64,000 nucleotides of DNA from Alphaproteobacteria bacterium (GTDB taxonomy: Bacteria; Pseudomonadota; Alphaproteobacteria; Bin95), in contig CBDBGH010000003.1 in NCBI GenBank assembly GCA_965205265.1, positions 288,001 through 352,000 on the forward strand. The letters are read 5' to 3'. A model generated the notes under the pieces. The model did no database searches, was not told the origin of the DNA, and saw only the letters and a program-made list of their open reading frames with translations. Both the position numbers and the translations under genes were made by a program. Shown one piece after another: positions 35,709-45,217 of the stretch (the stretch's first letter is position 1; each line of letters starts with the position of its first letter).

Positions 35709-36143
35709 GTGTTCCTCGACACCAACCTCTTCATCCCCGCCCGGTTCGACGCGGCCCCGGCGCATGCCGTGGCAAGGGCGGCGTTGAACCGGGCCGAGCG
35801 GAGCGGTGAGGTTCTGCGCATCAGTCGTCAGGTCATGCGCGAATATCTGGCGGCTGCGACCAGGCCGCAGGCGTGGTCCGCCCCCTTGCCGATGGCGAGG
35901 GCGCTCTCCGACCTTTCATGGATGGAGGAGACGTATGAGGTGCTGGAGGACGGGCCGCAGGTCATGGACCTGCTGGCAAGGCTCTGCCGCGACATTCCCA
36001 TGGGCGGCAAGCAGGTGCATGACGCCAATATCGTCGCCACCATGCTGGCATATGGCGAACGGCGCCTGCTGACCTTCAATGTCCGGGACTTCCGCCGCTT
36101 CGCCGCCCATATCGAAATCCTGGACCCGGAGGACACGGCATAG
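35709..36143 (+). CDS. vapC: PIN domain VapC-family toxin (ribonuclease)
   Basis: FLDTN, QVMREY, VHDANIVATM and TFNVRDF acidic PIN motifs. Confidence 0.9.
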   Translation: MFLDTNLFIPARFDAAPAHAVARAALNRAERSGEVLRISRQVMREYLAAATRPQAWSAPLPMARALSDLSWMEETYEVLEDGPQVMDLLARLCRDIPMGGKQVHDANIVATMLAYGERRLLTFNVRDFRRFAAHIEILDPEDTA

Positions 36144-36144
36144 A

Positions 36145-36650
36145 CCGGCAGATTAACCCCTATTTGTCGCATATAGTTTGAATTAATTCTTGAAAAGGGA
36201 TTTGAATTCGGGTAATCTTTCCCTAAATGAAGGCCGGGGGAAGGAAGCGGCATCCGCGGGGCCGCTTCGTTTCGCCGTTCGCGCCGGCGCGAAAAAAAGC
36301 CCCTGTGAAGCCGACAGGACAAGTGTGCCCTGCGTCCGCCTCGCGCGCGGGGGCGCGCCCGGGCAATCAGGCGCGCGATTCGCGCCGCCGCGAAACGCGC
36401 GCCCACGGGCGCGGGCGCCGGCGCGCACGATACGCGCGAATTAGGGTTCCGCCGCTCGGGGGAGCAGGGCGGCGGGAGGAACGGAACGAAGGCGGATCGG
36501 GAGGAGAGACCCATGCCGAAAACGCGAGGCCGGGCAAACCGGATGGAATGCCGGAAATCCCGCCCGAAACCGCGGCTCCATGCCTGAAAGGGCCACAGGG
36601 TATGCGTCATAGACATGCAAATCATGACATCCCATGACATCTCCGGCGGA
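36145..36650 (+). ncRNA. Candidate structured ncRNA or dispersed non-coding element, copy B (homologous to 5168-5660)
   Basis: TTGAAA-N17-TAATCT promoter, GAAGCGGC/GCCGCTTC hairpin at 36244-36268, blocks conserved with copy A. Confidence 0.5.
36190..36218 (+). promoter_or_regulatory. Putative sigma70 promoter of element copy B
   Basis: TTGAAA(36190-36195)-N17-TAATCT(36213-36218) with an AT-rich upstream region; no credible downstream plus-strand CDS. Confidence 0.55.
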
Positions 36651-36689
36651 TTCCTGCGGCCGCGCGGCGCCGTTCCGGTCGAAAGACGG

Positions 36690-37619
36690 TTACGGGCCTG
36701 TCGGCTCCGGGCCGCGAATGTGCTGCGGAAGGCTGGCCATTGCGGTGGCGGCAAGGTCGGGAGACCAGTCTTGCCGGAAGGCCGCGTCGGCGCGAAGGCG
36801 GTTGCGGAACCAGGTCCGCTGGCGCTTGGCGAAACGGCGGGTCGCAAAGACCGCGCGCCGTTCCGCTTCGTCGAGCGCGATCTCCCCGGCGAGATGGGCA
36901 TGAAGTTCGGGCAGCCCCAGCGCCTTCATCGCCGGCAGGTCCGGGTCGAGGCCGCGGAGCCGGTCGGCTTCCTCCAGCGCGCCGGCCGCCAGCATGGAAC
37001 GGAACCGCGCCTCGATGCGCGTCTGCAGCCGCTCGCGCGGCGGGTCGAGGAGGATGGTCCAGGCCTGAAGGGGCGCAGGCCGCGGCCCGGCCTGCCACTC
37101 GGAGAGCGGCGTGCCGGTCGCCTCGAACACGGACCAGGCCCTGAGCAGCCGCTGGCGGTCGCCGGGCGGCACGCGCCGGGCGAGTTCCGGGTCGCGCGCC
37201 GCCACTTCGCGGTGGAAGCCCTCGGCCCCCAGCGCCTCGCGGCGCGCGCGGGCGGCGGCCTCGATGCCGGGCGCCGTATCGGGCATGTCGGAGAGGCCGT
37301 TAAGCAGCGCCTCGATATAGAAGCCGGTGCCGCCGCAGAGGATGGCGGGGCGCCCCCCCTCCCCGGCAAGCGCGTCGAGCGCCATTTCCCGCCAGCGCGC
37401 GGCGGAGCAGCGCTCCCAGGCGGGCAGGACGCCGTAGAGCCGGTGCGGCGCGCGTTCCTCCTCGGCCGGCCCCGGCCGCGCGGTCAGCACCCGGAGCTCG
37501 CGATAGACCTGCATGCTGTCGGCATTCACGACCCTGCCGGCGAGCGCCGCCGCCAGTTCGAGCGCCAGCTTCGATTTGCCGCTCGCCGTCGGGCCCGCAA
37601 TGACGATGATGGGCGGCAT
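36690..37619 (-). CDS. miaA: tRNA dimethylallyltransferase
   Basis: IAGPTASGKS, NADSMQVY, GGTGFY, AKRQRTW. Confidence 0.95.
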   Translation of the reverse strand: MPPIIVIAGPTASGKSKLALELAAALAGRVVNADSMQVYRELRVLTARPGPAEEERAPHRLYGVLPAWERCSAARWREMALDALAGEGGRPAILCGGTGFYIEALLNGLSDMPDTAPGIEAAARARREALGAEGFHREVAARDPELARRVPPGDRQRLLRAWSVFEATGTPLSEWQAGPRPAPLQAWTILLDPPRERLQTRIEARFRSMLAAGALEEADRLRGLDPDLPAMKALGLPELHAHLAGEIALDEAERRAVFATRRFAKRQRTWFRNRLRADAAFRQDWSPDLAATAMASLPQHIRGPEPTGP

Positions 37620-38484
37620 GTCGCAGGATACGGGCATGGACTGGGTGGCCGTGGCGATGGCGCCGGAAGGCGAGGCGCTGGACGAGGCGATTGTCGCGCG
37701 CCTTGCCGGGCGGCTCAAGGCGGGCCCGGTGCGCCGGCTCGGCCCCGATGCGGTCGAGATGGCGGTGGCCGTGCCCGATGCGGAGCCCGGCGAGGCGGGG
37801 ATCGACTGGGCCGTGCTGCCGGCGCGCGGACGGCGCAAGCGCCTGCTCATCGCCGACATGGACTCGACCATGGTCGCCGGGGAGACGCTCGACGAGCTGG
37901 CGGTAGAGGCCGGGATCGGCGGGCGGGTGGCCGCGATCACGGCGCGCGCCATGAACGGCGATCTGGATTTCGAGGCGGCGGTCCGGGAGCGGGTCGGCCT
38001 GCTGGCCGGGCTGCCGCTGGCGGCGGCGGAGCGGGTGCTGGCGCGCCTGCGGCCCATGCCGGGCGCGTGCGCGGCCGTCGCGACGATGCGCGCTTCGGGG
38101 GCCCATTGCATGCTGGTGTCGGGCGGCTTCACCCTGTTCGCGGAGCCGGTAGGGGCCCGGCTCGGCTTCCATGAGGTGCGGGCCAACCGGCTGGAGGTGC
38201 GCGACGGGCGGCTGACCGGCCGCGTGCTCGAACCCGTTCTCGGCCGGGACGCGAAGCGGCGGGTGCTGGAAGAACGCCGCAACGCGCTCGGCCTCGCGCC
38301 CGGGGAGACGCTGGCGGTCGGCGACGGGGCCAACGACCTCGCTATGCTGGCCGCCGCCGGGCTCGGCGTCGCCTTTCGCGCGAAGCCCGCGGTGGCCGCC
38401 GAGGCCCGCATCCGGGTGGACCGCGCCGGGCTCGCGGCCCTGCTCTATCTGCAGGGCTATATGCGAGCCGAATTCGCGCCCTGA
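37618..38484 (+). CDS. serB: Phosphoserine phosphatase
   Basis: ADMDST HAD motif I, VSGGF, VGDGANDLAM; alternative start at 37636. Confidence 0.93.
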   Translation: MSQDTGMDWVAVAMAPEGEALDEAIVARLAGRLKAGPVRRLGPDAVEMAVAVPDAEPGEAGIDWAVLPARGRRKRLLIADMDSTMVAGETLDELAVEAGIGGRVAAITARAMNGDLDFEAAVRERVGLLAGLPLAAAERVLARLRPMPGACAAVATMRASGAHCMLVSGGFTLFAEPVGARLGFHEVRANRLEVRDGRLTGRVLEPVLGRDAKRRVLEERRNALGLAPGETLAVGDGANDLAMLAAAGLGVAFRAKPAVAAEARIRVDRAGLAALLYLQGYMRAEFAP

Positions 38485-38490
38485 ACGCCC

Positions 38491-39969
38491 TCAGTTGGCC
38501 TGGCGCTTCAGGAAAGCCGGGATGTTGAGCTGCTCGTCGTCCTCGGCCGGGGCCGGCACCGCGTTGCCGCTGCCGATGGTCGTTGCGAGAACCGAGGGCT
38601 CCTTGGCGGTTTCTTCCGTTTCCCGTCCCAGAAGGCCCGGCAGGCCGAACCATGTGCGGCGCGGCGGCGCCGGCGGCGGGGTTTCGGGCCCGGCGGCGGC
38701 CGGAGGCGTGTGGAACAGCCGCGTTTTGCGCGGCGCGGCCTCGGCATCGTCGGTCTCGGCCGCTGCGGGCTCTGCCGCCGGCGCTTCCTCTTCCGCCGCT
38801 TCGGCTTCCCCGGATTGTTCCGCGGTCCCGGCGGCAGCCTCCATCGGGGCCTCTTTCCCGGTGGCCTCGGCCACTGCGACTTCGCGGGCCGGCTCTTCGG
38901 CGGCTTCCTCCGGCATGGCCGCTTCCGTCGCCCCGTCTTCCACCGGCGGATCGACGGCGACGATGCCTGGCAGGACGGGATCGGTCTCGCGCTTGAAATC
39001 CGACTCGATGCCGGTCGCGACCACGGACACGCGCATCTTGTTGTTCATGCTCTCGTCGAGCGTGGAGCCGAACACGATATTGGCGTTGTCGTCCACTTCC
39101 CGGCGGATGCGGTTGGCGGCCTCGTCCACCTCCAGCAGGCCCATATCGAACCCGCCGGTTATGTTGATGAGCACCGCCTGCGCGCCCCGCATGGACGTGT
39201 CGTCCAGCAGCGGATTGTCGATGGCGGCTTCCGCAGCGTCCATGGCGCGGGTCTCCCCCTCGGCCTCGCCCGTGCCCATCATCGCCTTGCCCATTTCACG
39301 CATGACGGAGCGGATGTCGGCAAAGTCGAGGTTCACGAGGCCCGGCTTGATCATCAGGTCGGTCACGCCGCGCACGCCCGACTGCAGCACCTCGTCCGCC
39401 ATCTGGAAGGCTTCGGCGAGCGTGGTCCGCGGGTCGGCCACCTGGAACAGGTTCTGGTTCGGGATGACGATCAGCGTATCGACGAACTTGGCAAGCTCCT
39501 CGATGCCGTTCTCGGCAGCGCGCATGCGGCGCGTGCCCTCGAAATTGAACGGCTTGGTGACGACGCCCACCGTCAGCACGCCGCGCTCCCGCGCCGCCCG
39601 GGCGATCACGGGAGCGGCGCCGGTGCCGGTGCCGCCGCCCATGCCGGCGGTGATGAAGAGCATGTGGCAGCCTTCGATCTCCGCCATGACTTCGTCGAGA
39701 GCTTCCTCCGCGGCCGCCCGTCCGATGTCGGGTTCGGCGCCGGCGCCGAGGCCGTTGGTGAGGTTGGCGCCGAGCCGGATGCGGTTGGGCGCGTCCGAGA
39801 GGCCCAACGCCTGTGCGTCGGTGTTGGCCACCAGGAATTCGACGCCCTGGAGATCGGAGCGGATCATGTTGTTGACCGCATTGCCTCCCGCGCCGCCGAC
39901 TCCGATGACCGTGATTCGCGGCCTCATCTCGACATAGTCGGGCGGAGAGTGAAAGTTGATTGTGCTCAT
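38491..39969 (-). CDS. ftsZ: Cell division protein FtsZ
   Basis: [18 protein letters not shown] tubulin motif, C-terminal [12 protein letters not shown]. Confidence 0.97.
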   Translation of the reverse strand: MSTINFHSPPDYVEMRPRITVIGVGGAGGNAVNNMIRSDLQGVEFLVANTDAQALGLSDAPNRIRLGANLTNGLGAGAEPDIGRAAAEEALDEVMAEIEGCHMLFITAGMGGGTGTGAAPVIARAARERGVLTVGVVTKPFNFEGTRRMRAAENGIEELAKFVDTLIVIPNQNLFQVADPRTTLAEAFQMADEVLQSGVRGVTDLMIKPGLVNLDFADIRSVMREMGKAMMGTGEAEGETRAMDAAEAAIDNPLLDDTSMRGAQAVLINITGGFDMGLLEVDEAANRIRREVDDNANIVFGSTLDESMNNKMRVSVVATGIESDFKRETDPVLPGIVAVDPPVEDGATEAAMPEEAAEEPAREVAVAEATGKEAPMEAAAGTAEQSGEAEAAEEEAPAAEPAAAETDDAEAAPRKTRLFHTPPAAAGPETPPPAPPRRTWFGLPGLLGRETEETAKEPSVLATTIGSGNAVPAPAEDDEQLNIPAFLKRQAN

Positions 39970-40011
39970 CGGGTTCTCCTGTCTGGGCAACCTGTGGCTT
40001 GGGGTTCGTCG

Positions 40012-41250
40012 TCAGATGTGCTGGCGCATCCACGCGCCGAAGCGGGCGAAGAGATGTGTAGGGGCGGACGCCAGGGCCGGCATGGAGAGCGCGGCGGGCG
40101 CATCTCCGCCGTGGGCATGCACGAGCAGGCCGGCGCAGGCGGCGTAGGCGGGGCCGGTCCGGGACTCGGCGATCCGGAAGGCGGGTCCGATGCTTCCCGT
40201 GCGGACCTGGCGTTCCAGGATCAGTTCCCCCAGTCGGGCGGCGCCGACAAGCTGGCTGGCGCCGCCGGCAAGGACGACCCGGCGTCCCGCTTCCATCTGG
40301 GCATAGGTCTCGTCCAGGCGGGCGCGAACGCGCTCGAAGGTCTGTTCCGTTCGCGGTGTAACGATCTGCCTCAGATAGGGCGGAACCGCGTGGCGGCCGT
40401 TCTTCCGGTAACTCTCTTCCGCATTTGCGTCCGGCAGCGTGTTCGTCTCGAAGGGCGAGCCGCTGAGGCAGCTCGCCTCCTTGACCTTGATCTCCTCGGC
40501 CTCGCGGAAGCTCATGGAGAAGGCGTATGCGACATCCTCGGTCAGCCGCGCGCCGCCCTTTTTCAATACGTCCACGAAGGTCACGCCGCGGTTGTTGAAG
40601 ACGGCGATTCCCGTGGTCCCGCCGCCCATGTCGGCCACCGCGATGCCGAGCTCGCGGTCCTCTTCGCTGAGCACGGCCAGTCCGGCGGCATAGGGTGCGG
40701 GGAGAATGCCGGCTACCTCGACATGCGCCGCCCTGACGCACGCTTCCAGATTGGCGATCGGCCCGGCTTCCGCGGTGACCGCATGGAGGTCGATACCGAT
40801 GCGGCTGCCATACATGCCGAGCGGGTTTTCGACGCCGTCCACGCCGTCCACCGCGTAGCCCAGCGACCGGACCAGAAGCAGGCGGCGGTCCTTGGTATCG
40901 ATGCGCGCATAGGCGGTGTTCTGGACCCCGCGAATATCGGCGGGGACGATCCTCGGGCCCGCGACCGGAAGCTCGACGCGGATGCGCTGGCTTGCCGGCC
41001 GCCCGCCGCTGGTCGCCACGTAAATCTGCTGAACCTCGATGCCGGCCATGCGTTCGGCATGGGAAATCGCTGTGGCGATGGCATGGCCGGCGGCATGGAT
41101 ATCGACGACGGCGCCCTCGAGGATGCCGCGCGAGGCGCGGTCGCCGATGCCGATGACATCGAAGCGTCCTTCTTCGAGGACCCTCGCGATGAAGCAGCAG
41201 ACCTTGGTGCTGCCGACGTCCAGCGCTGCGACGATGTTTTCCCGCGCCAT
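40012..41250 (-). CDS. ftsA: Cell division protein FtsA
   Basis: AALDVGSTKV, DMGGGTT, C-terminal amphipathic helix. Confidence 0.93.
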   Translation of the reverse strand: MARENIVAALDVGSTKVCCFIARVLEEGRFDVIGIGDRASRGILEGAVVDIHAAGHAIATAISHAERMAGIEVQQIYVATSGGRPASQRIRVELPVAGPRIVPADIRGVQNTAYARIDTKDRRLLLVRSLGYAVDGVDGVENPLGMYGSRIGIDLHAVTAEAGPIANLEACVRAAHVEVAGILPAPYAAGLAVLSEEDRELGIAVADMGGGTTGIAVFNNRGVTFVDVLKKGGARLTEDVAYAFSMSFREAEEIKVKEASCLSGSPFETNTLPDANAEESYRKNGRHAVPPYLRQIVTPRTEQTFERVRARLDETYAQMEAGRRVVLAGGASQLVGAARLGELILERQVRTGSIGPAFRIAESRTGPAYAACAGLLVHAHGGDAPAALSMPALASAPTHLFARFGAWMRQHI

Positions 41251-41254
41251 GGTT

Positions 41255-42040
41255 TCAGCTCCGTTCCGCGGTCTTGTTTCCGGCCATGCGCAGAACCATC
41301 CGGCCGTCGAAACGCATGTCGATATGGGCGATGTCTCCGTCGAGAAGACGGCGTTCGCGGTCGATCTGGGCAAGGCGGGCCCAGGCGGCCTCGGCGCCTT
41401 CTTCGGGCAGCTTTATCTCGATTCGCCAGTCGAGGTGGACGTTCCAGCGCCTGCCCGACACGAAGGTAAGCCCGGTGACGCGGCGGGCGACGTCCGGTTC
41501 CTGTCCCAGCGTGGCGAAAATGGCGGGAGCGGCGGCGGCGGCGCCCTCGCCGCGGACCACGGGCAGTTTGGCGAAGTCGCGCGGATCGAGATTCGGGATT
41601 GTGAGGCCTGCCCTGTCGATGACTGCGAAGTCCCGCCCGCTATCCCAGACCGCGAGCGTTTCGCGCTCGACGAGCCGGACGACCAGCAGGTCGGGAAGCG
41701 CCCGTTCCACTTCCGCCTGCTGCACCCAGGGCAAGGCCTCGACGCGCGTTCGCGCGGCACGGATGTCCACCCCGAGGATGGGCGAGCCGGCAACGGCCCC
41801 GAGAGCGCTCCGGACCTCCTCTCGCGTCGTCCGTTTGCGGCCGATGACCATCACTTCGCGGACCTCGAAACCGGCGCGAACGGACACGGCGTAGGCCCGC
41901 TCCATGGCGGCGCGGAAATGGCGGGCTGCCCATTCGGTTTCGGCCGTGCGGATGGCGGCGGCCGTTCCCGCCGCCAGCAGCAGGACCGCTCCCAGGCGCA
42001 GAAGCCATCGCCGGCCCGGCCGGAGCTTCAGAAATCGCAT
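41255..42040 (-). CDS. ftsQ: Cell division protein FtsQ/DivIB
   Basis: TM segment plus POTRA (LPWV...VERALP), RRWNV, IDMR. Confidence 0.9.
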   Translation of the reverse strand: MRFLKLRPGRRWLLRLGAVLLLAAGTAAAIRTAETEWAARHFRAAMERAYAVSVRAGFEVREVMVIGRKRTTREEVRSALGAVAGSPILGVDIRAARTRVEALPWVQQAEVERALPDLLVVRLVERETLAVWDSGRDFAVIDRAGLTIPNLDPRDFAKLPVVRGEGAAAAAPAIFATLGQEPDVARRVTGLTFVSGRRWNVHLDWRIEIKLPEEGAEAAWARLAQIDRERRLLDGDIAHIDMRFDGRMVLRMAGNKTAERS

Positions 42041-42930
42041 CGGGCGGCCTCCGTCATCAGCTGGACGAGGCTCGGGAAATCGATGCCTGCCCAGGCGGCG
42101 ATTTCGGGCACGAGGGAGAGCGGCGTCAGCCCCGGCTGGGTGTTGACCTCCAGCAGGTAGAGCCCGCCGCCATGCTCGTCGTAGCGGAAGTCGGCGCGCG
42201 TGACCGACCGGCAGCCGAGCGCCGCATGCGCGCGTTCGGCCATGTCGAGCGCCTGGGCCGCCACATCGTCATCGACCGGCGCCGGGACCAGATGGTCCGC
42301 GCGCGCTTCGGTATATTTCGTGTCGTAGTCGTAGAAGCCCCGGTAGGGCCGGATTTCCAGCAGGCCGAGCGCCTGGCCGTCGTTTACGGCAACGGTGAGT
42401 TCGCGCCCGGGAATATAACGCTCGACCAGCGCCCTGCCGCCGAACGGCCAGGTCTCGGGTGAGAGGGGAACGGCGTTGGAGCCTTCCTCGACGATGATGA
42501 CGCCGACGCTCGAGCCCTCGCAAACCGGCTTGACCACATAGGGCGGCGGCATGGAGTCATGCGCGTCCCCGCAGCACACCACCTTGCCGTCGGGCACGGC
42601 GATGCCGGCCGACCTGAACACGGCCTTCGCCGCCGCCTTGTCCATGGCGAGCGCCGAGGCGCGGATGCCGGAATGGGTGTAGGGAATGCCCATCAGCTCG
42701 AGCAGACCCTGGATGCAGCCATCCTCGCCGAAACGCCCGTGAAGGGCGTTGAAAGCGGCGTCGGGGGCCGGGGTCAACCGCGCCGCGAGCGCCGGAATAT
42801 CGGGTCCGACATCGATGGGATCGACCGTGTAACCGAGCGTCGTCAAAGCCTCGCATACGGCCCGGCCCGTGGTGAGCGAGACTTCCCGTTCGGCGGACAC
42901 GCCGCCCATGAGCACCGCGATCCTGTTCAT
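42028..42930 (-). CDS. ddl: D-alanine--D-alanine ligase
   Basis: GGVSAEREVSL, LHGRFGEDG, LEVNTQPG. Confidence 0.96.
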   Translation of the reverse strand: MNRIAVLMGGVSAEREVSLTTGRAVCEALTTLGYTVDPIDVGPDIPALAARLTPAPDAAFNALHGRFGEDGCIQGLLELMGIPYTHSGIRASALAMDKAAAKAVFRSAGIAVPDGKVVCCGDAHDSMPPPYVVKPVCEGSSVGVIIVEEGSNAVPLSPETWPFGGRALVERYIPGRELTVAVNDGQALGLLEIRPYRGFYDYDTKYTEARADHLVPAPVDDDVAAQALDMAERAHAALGCRSVTRADFRYDEHGGGLYLLEVNTQPGLTPLSLVPEIAAWAGIDFPSLVQLMTEAARCDF

Positions 42931-43835
42931 ACCCGGGGCGCTCCCCGGCGGCCGACACGCTCGATCTCCCAGTCGAGGCCGACGCCCGTGGCGGCCAGCA
43001 CGCGGGCGCGCACATCCTCGGCCAGGTCTTCGAGATCGGCGGCGCTCGCCGACCCGGTGTTCACCAGGAAATTGCAATGCATCTCGGAGACCATCGCGCC
43101 GCCGCGTTTCAAGCCCCGGCAGCCGGCCCGGTCGATCAGCTCCCAGGCGCTGGCGCCGGCCGGATTGCGGAAGGTGGAGCCGCCCGTGCGCGAGCGGATC
43201 GGCTGGCTCGCTTCGCGCGCCGCGGCGATTTCGGCCATGGCGGCGCGTACCTCTTCGGCGGGCCGCCTCGCGCCCCGGAAGCGCGCCGAGAGGAAGATGC
43301 GGTCCCTGCCCACCTCGTTGCCGCGATAGCGGAAGCCGAAATCGGCATTCAAGAGTCGCTCGATTTCGCCCTGGCGCGTCATTGCATTGGCGTCCAGCAG
43401 CACATCGGCGGTCTCGCAGCCATAGGCGCCGGCATTCATGGCGAGCGCGCCGCCGACAGTGCCCGGTATGCCGGAAAGGAACTCGAGGCCGCCGAGGCCG
43501 GCGTCCGCGGCCGCGCGGGCGACATTGGCGCAAAGCGCGGCAGCCCCGGCGACGACCGTCCCGGCCTCTGCGCGGATGTCCGCAAAACCGCGTCCGAGCC
43601 GCAGCACCAGCCCGTCAATGCCGCCGTCCCGGACCAGCGTGTTGGACGCAACGCCCAGAACGGTGAGCGGCACGTCCCCGGGCAGTTGCGTCAGCAGCGC
43701 CTGCAGGTCCGACCGGTCCAGCGGGCGGGCCATCGCCTCCGCAGGGCCGCCGACCCGGAACCAGGTAATCCGGTCGAGCGGGGCGGACGCGCTCACGCGC
43801 CCCCGGATGCAGGGCAGCGGGAAGCGCGGGGTCAT
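42927..43835 (-). CDS. murB: UDP-N-acetylmuramate dehydrogenase
   Basis: WFRVGGPAE, GIPGTVGGALAMNAGAYG, GSTFRNP. Confidence 0.96.
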   Translation of the reverse strand: MTPRFPLPCIRGRVSASAPLDRITWFRVGGPAEAMARPLDRSDLQALLTQLPGDVPLTVLGVASNTLVRDGGIDGLVLRLGRGFADIRAEAGTVVAGAAALCANVARAAADAGLGGLEFLSGIPGTVGGALAMNAGAYGCETADVLLDANAMTRQGEIERLLNADFGFRYRGNEVGRDRIFLSARFRGARRPAEEVRAAMAEIAAAREASQPIRSRTGGSTFRNPAGASAWELIDRAGCRGLKRGGAMVSEMHCNFLVNTGSASAADLEDLAEDVRARVLAATGVGLDWEIERVGRRGAPRV

Positions 43836-45217
43836 TTGCGGGCCTCCCGGAGCGATTCCGGCAGGGCGTGCGCCCAGGCGGTGATCGAGCCTGCGCCGAG
43901 ACAGACGATGGTGTCGCCGGGGGCCGCCCAGGAGCCGGCGCATGCCGCCAGGTCGTCGGGCCCGTCGATCGCCTTCACATCCCGGTGTCCGCCGGCGCGG
44001 GTCGCGGCCACCAGCGCATCCCGGCTGGCGCCGGCGATCGGCGCTTCGCCGGCCGCATAGACCGGTGCGATCAACACTTTGTCGGCCTGCTCGAAACAAT
44101 GCGCGAAGTCGTCGAGCAGCGCGTTCAGCCGGGTGTAGCGGTGGGGCTGCATGACAGCCATGATCCGCCCGCATCCGGCCAGCCGGGCCGTGGCCAGCAC
44201 GGCCGCAATTTCGGTCGGGTGATGGGCGTAGTCGTCGATGATGCGCACGCCATTCACTTCGCCCGCAAGCGTGAACCGGCGCTGCACGCCCCGGAACTCC
44301 GCGAGCGCCCGGCGAATGGCGTCCTCGGAGACGCCCAGAAGATGGCCGACCGTGACGGCCGCGAGCGCGTTCTCCGCATTGTGGCGGCCGGGCACGCCGA
44401 CCCTCAGGTCCTCGATGTCCGCGAGGCCCGACACATCGAGCCGGCTGCCTGCAGGTTCCAGCACCAGCCCGCTGCCGCGAATATCGGCGTCGGGCGCGAA
44501 CCCGTAACGCAACACCGGTCGCCGGCATCCGGCCGCCAGCCGCCGCGAGCCTTCATTGTCCGCTGACAGAATGGCGGCGCCGAAGGGTGGCACCGAGTCG
44601 GCGAACCGGGCGAAGCACGCCTCGATCTCTTCGAAGCCGCGGTAGTGCTCCATGTGCTCGGCTTCGATGTTGGTGACCACGGCAAGCGTCGCCGGGAGAT
44701 TGAGGAACGACCTGTCGCTTTCGTCCGCCTCGATGACCGCCCAGACGCCCCGGCCCAGCTTTGCATTTGAGCCGAGGCCTTCGAGGATGCCGCCGTTGAC
44801 GACGGTCGGATCCAGCCCGCCGGCTTCGAGTACCGCGGCAATCATCGCGGTGGTCGTGGTCTTGCCGTGCGTGCCGGAGACCGCAATCGGCCATGAGAGC
44901 GAGGCGATGGCGGCCAGCGCCTCCGAGCGATGCAGGACCGGAAGCCCCCGCCGAAGCGCCTCCTGCCGTTCGGCGTTGTCCTCGGGAACGGCCGTCGAGA
45001 CCACGACTGCCGCTGCCTCGCCGAGATTGCCGGCGTCATGGCCGATCCGGACGGTCAGGCCGAGCGCCTCCAGCCGGGCCGTATTGGCGCTTGGCTGCGC
45101 ATCGCTTCCGCTGACCGAACAGCCGAGCCGGTGCAGCAGCTCGGCGATGCCGCTCATGCCGATGCCGCCGATCCCGATGAAATGGAGCGGCCCGAAGGAA
45201 AGGGGGAGCGGCCTCAT
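43832..45217 (-). CDS. murC: UDP-N-acetylmuramate--L-alanine ligase
   Basis: HFIGIGGIGMSG, GTHGKTTT, DDYAHHPTEI, QPHRY. Confidence 0.96.
   Translation of the reverse strand: MRPLPLSFGPLHFIGIGGIGMSGIAELLHRLGCSVSGSDAQPSANTARLEALGLTVRIGHDAGNLGEAAAVVVSTAVPEDNAERQEALRRGLPVLHRSEALAAIASLSWPIAVSGTHGKTTTTAMIAAVLEAGGLDPTVVNGGILEGLGSNAKLGRGVWAVIEADESDRSFLNLPATLAVVTNIEAEHMEHYRGFEEIEACFARFADSVPPFGAAILSADNEGSRRLAAGCRRPVLRYGFAPDADIRGSGLVLEPAGSRLDVSGLADIEDLRVGVPGRHNAENALAAVTVGHLLGVSEDAIRRALAEFRGVQRRFTLAGEVNGVRIIDDYAHHPTEIAAVLATARLAGCGRIMAVMQPHRYTRLNALLDDFAHCFEQADKVLIAPVYAAGEAPIAGASRDALVAATRAGGHRDVKAIDGPDDLAACAGSWAAPGDTIVCLGAGSITAWAHALPESLREARK

Noticed and set aside
36690-38411. 573-aa extended MiaA
   Set aside because: The extension is the antisense of serB; MiaA motifs begin at 37619
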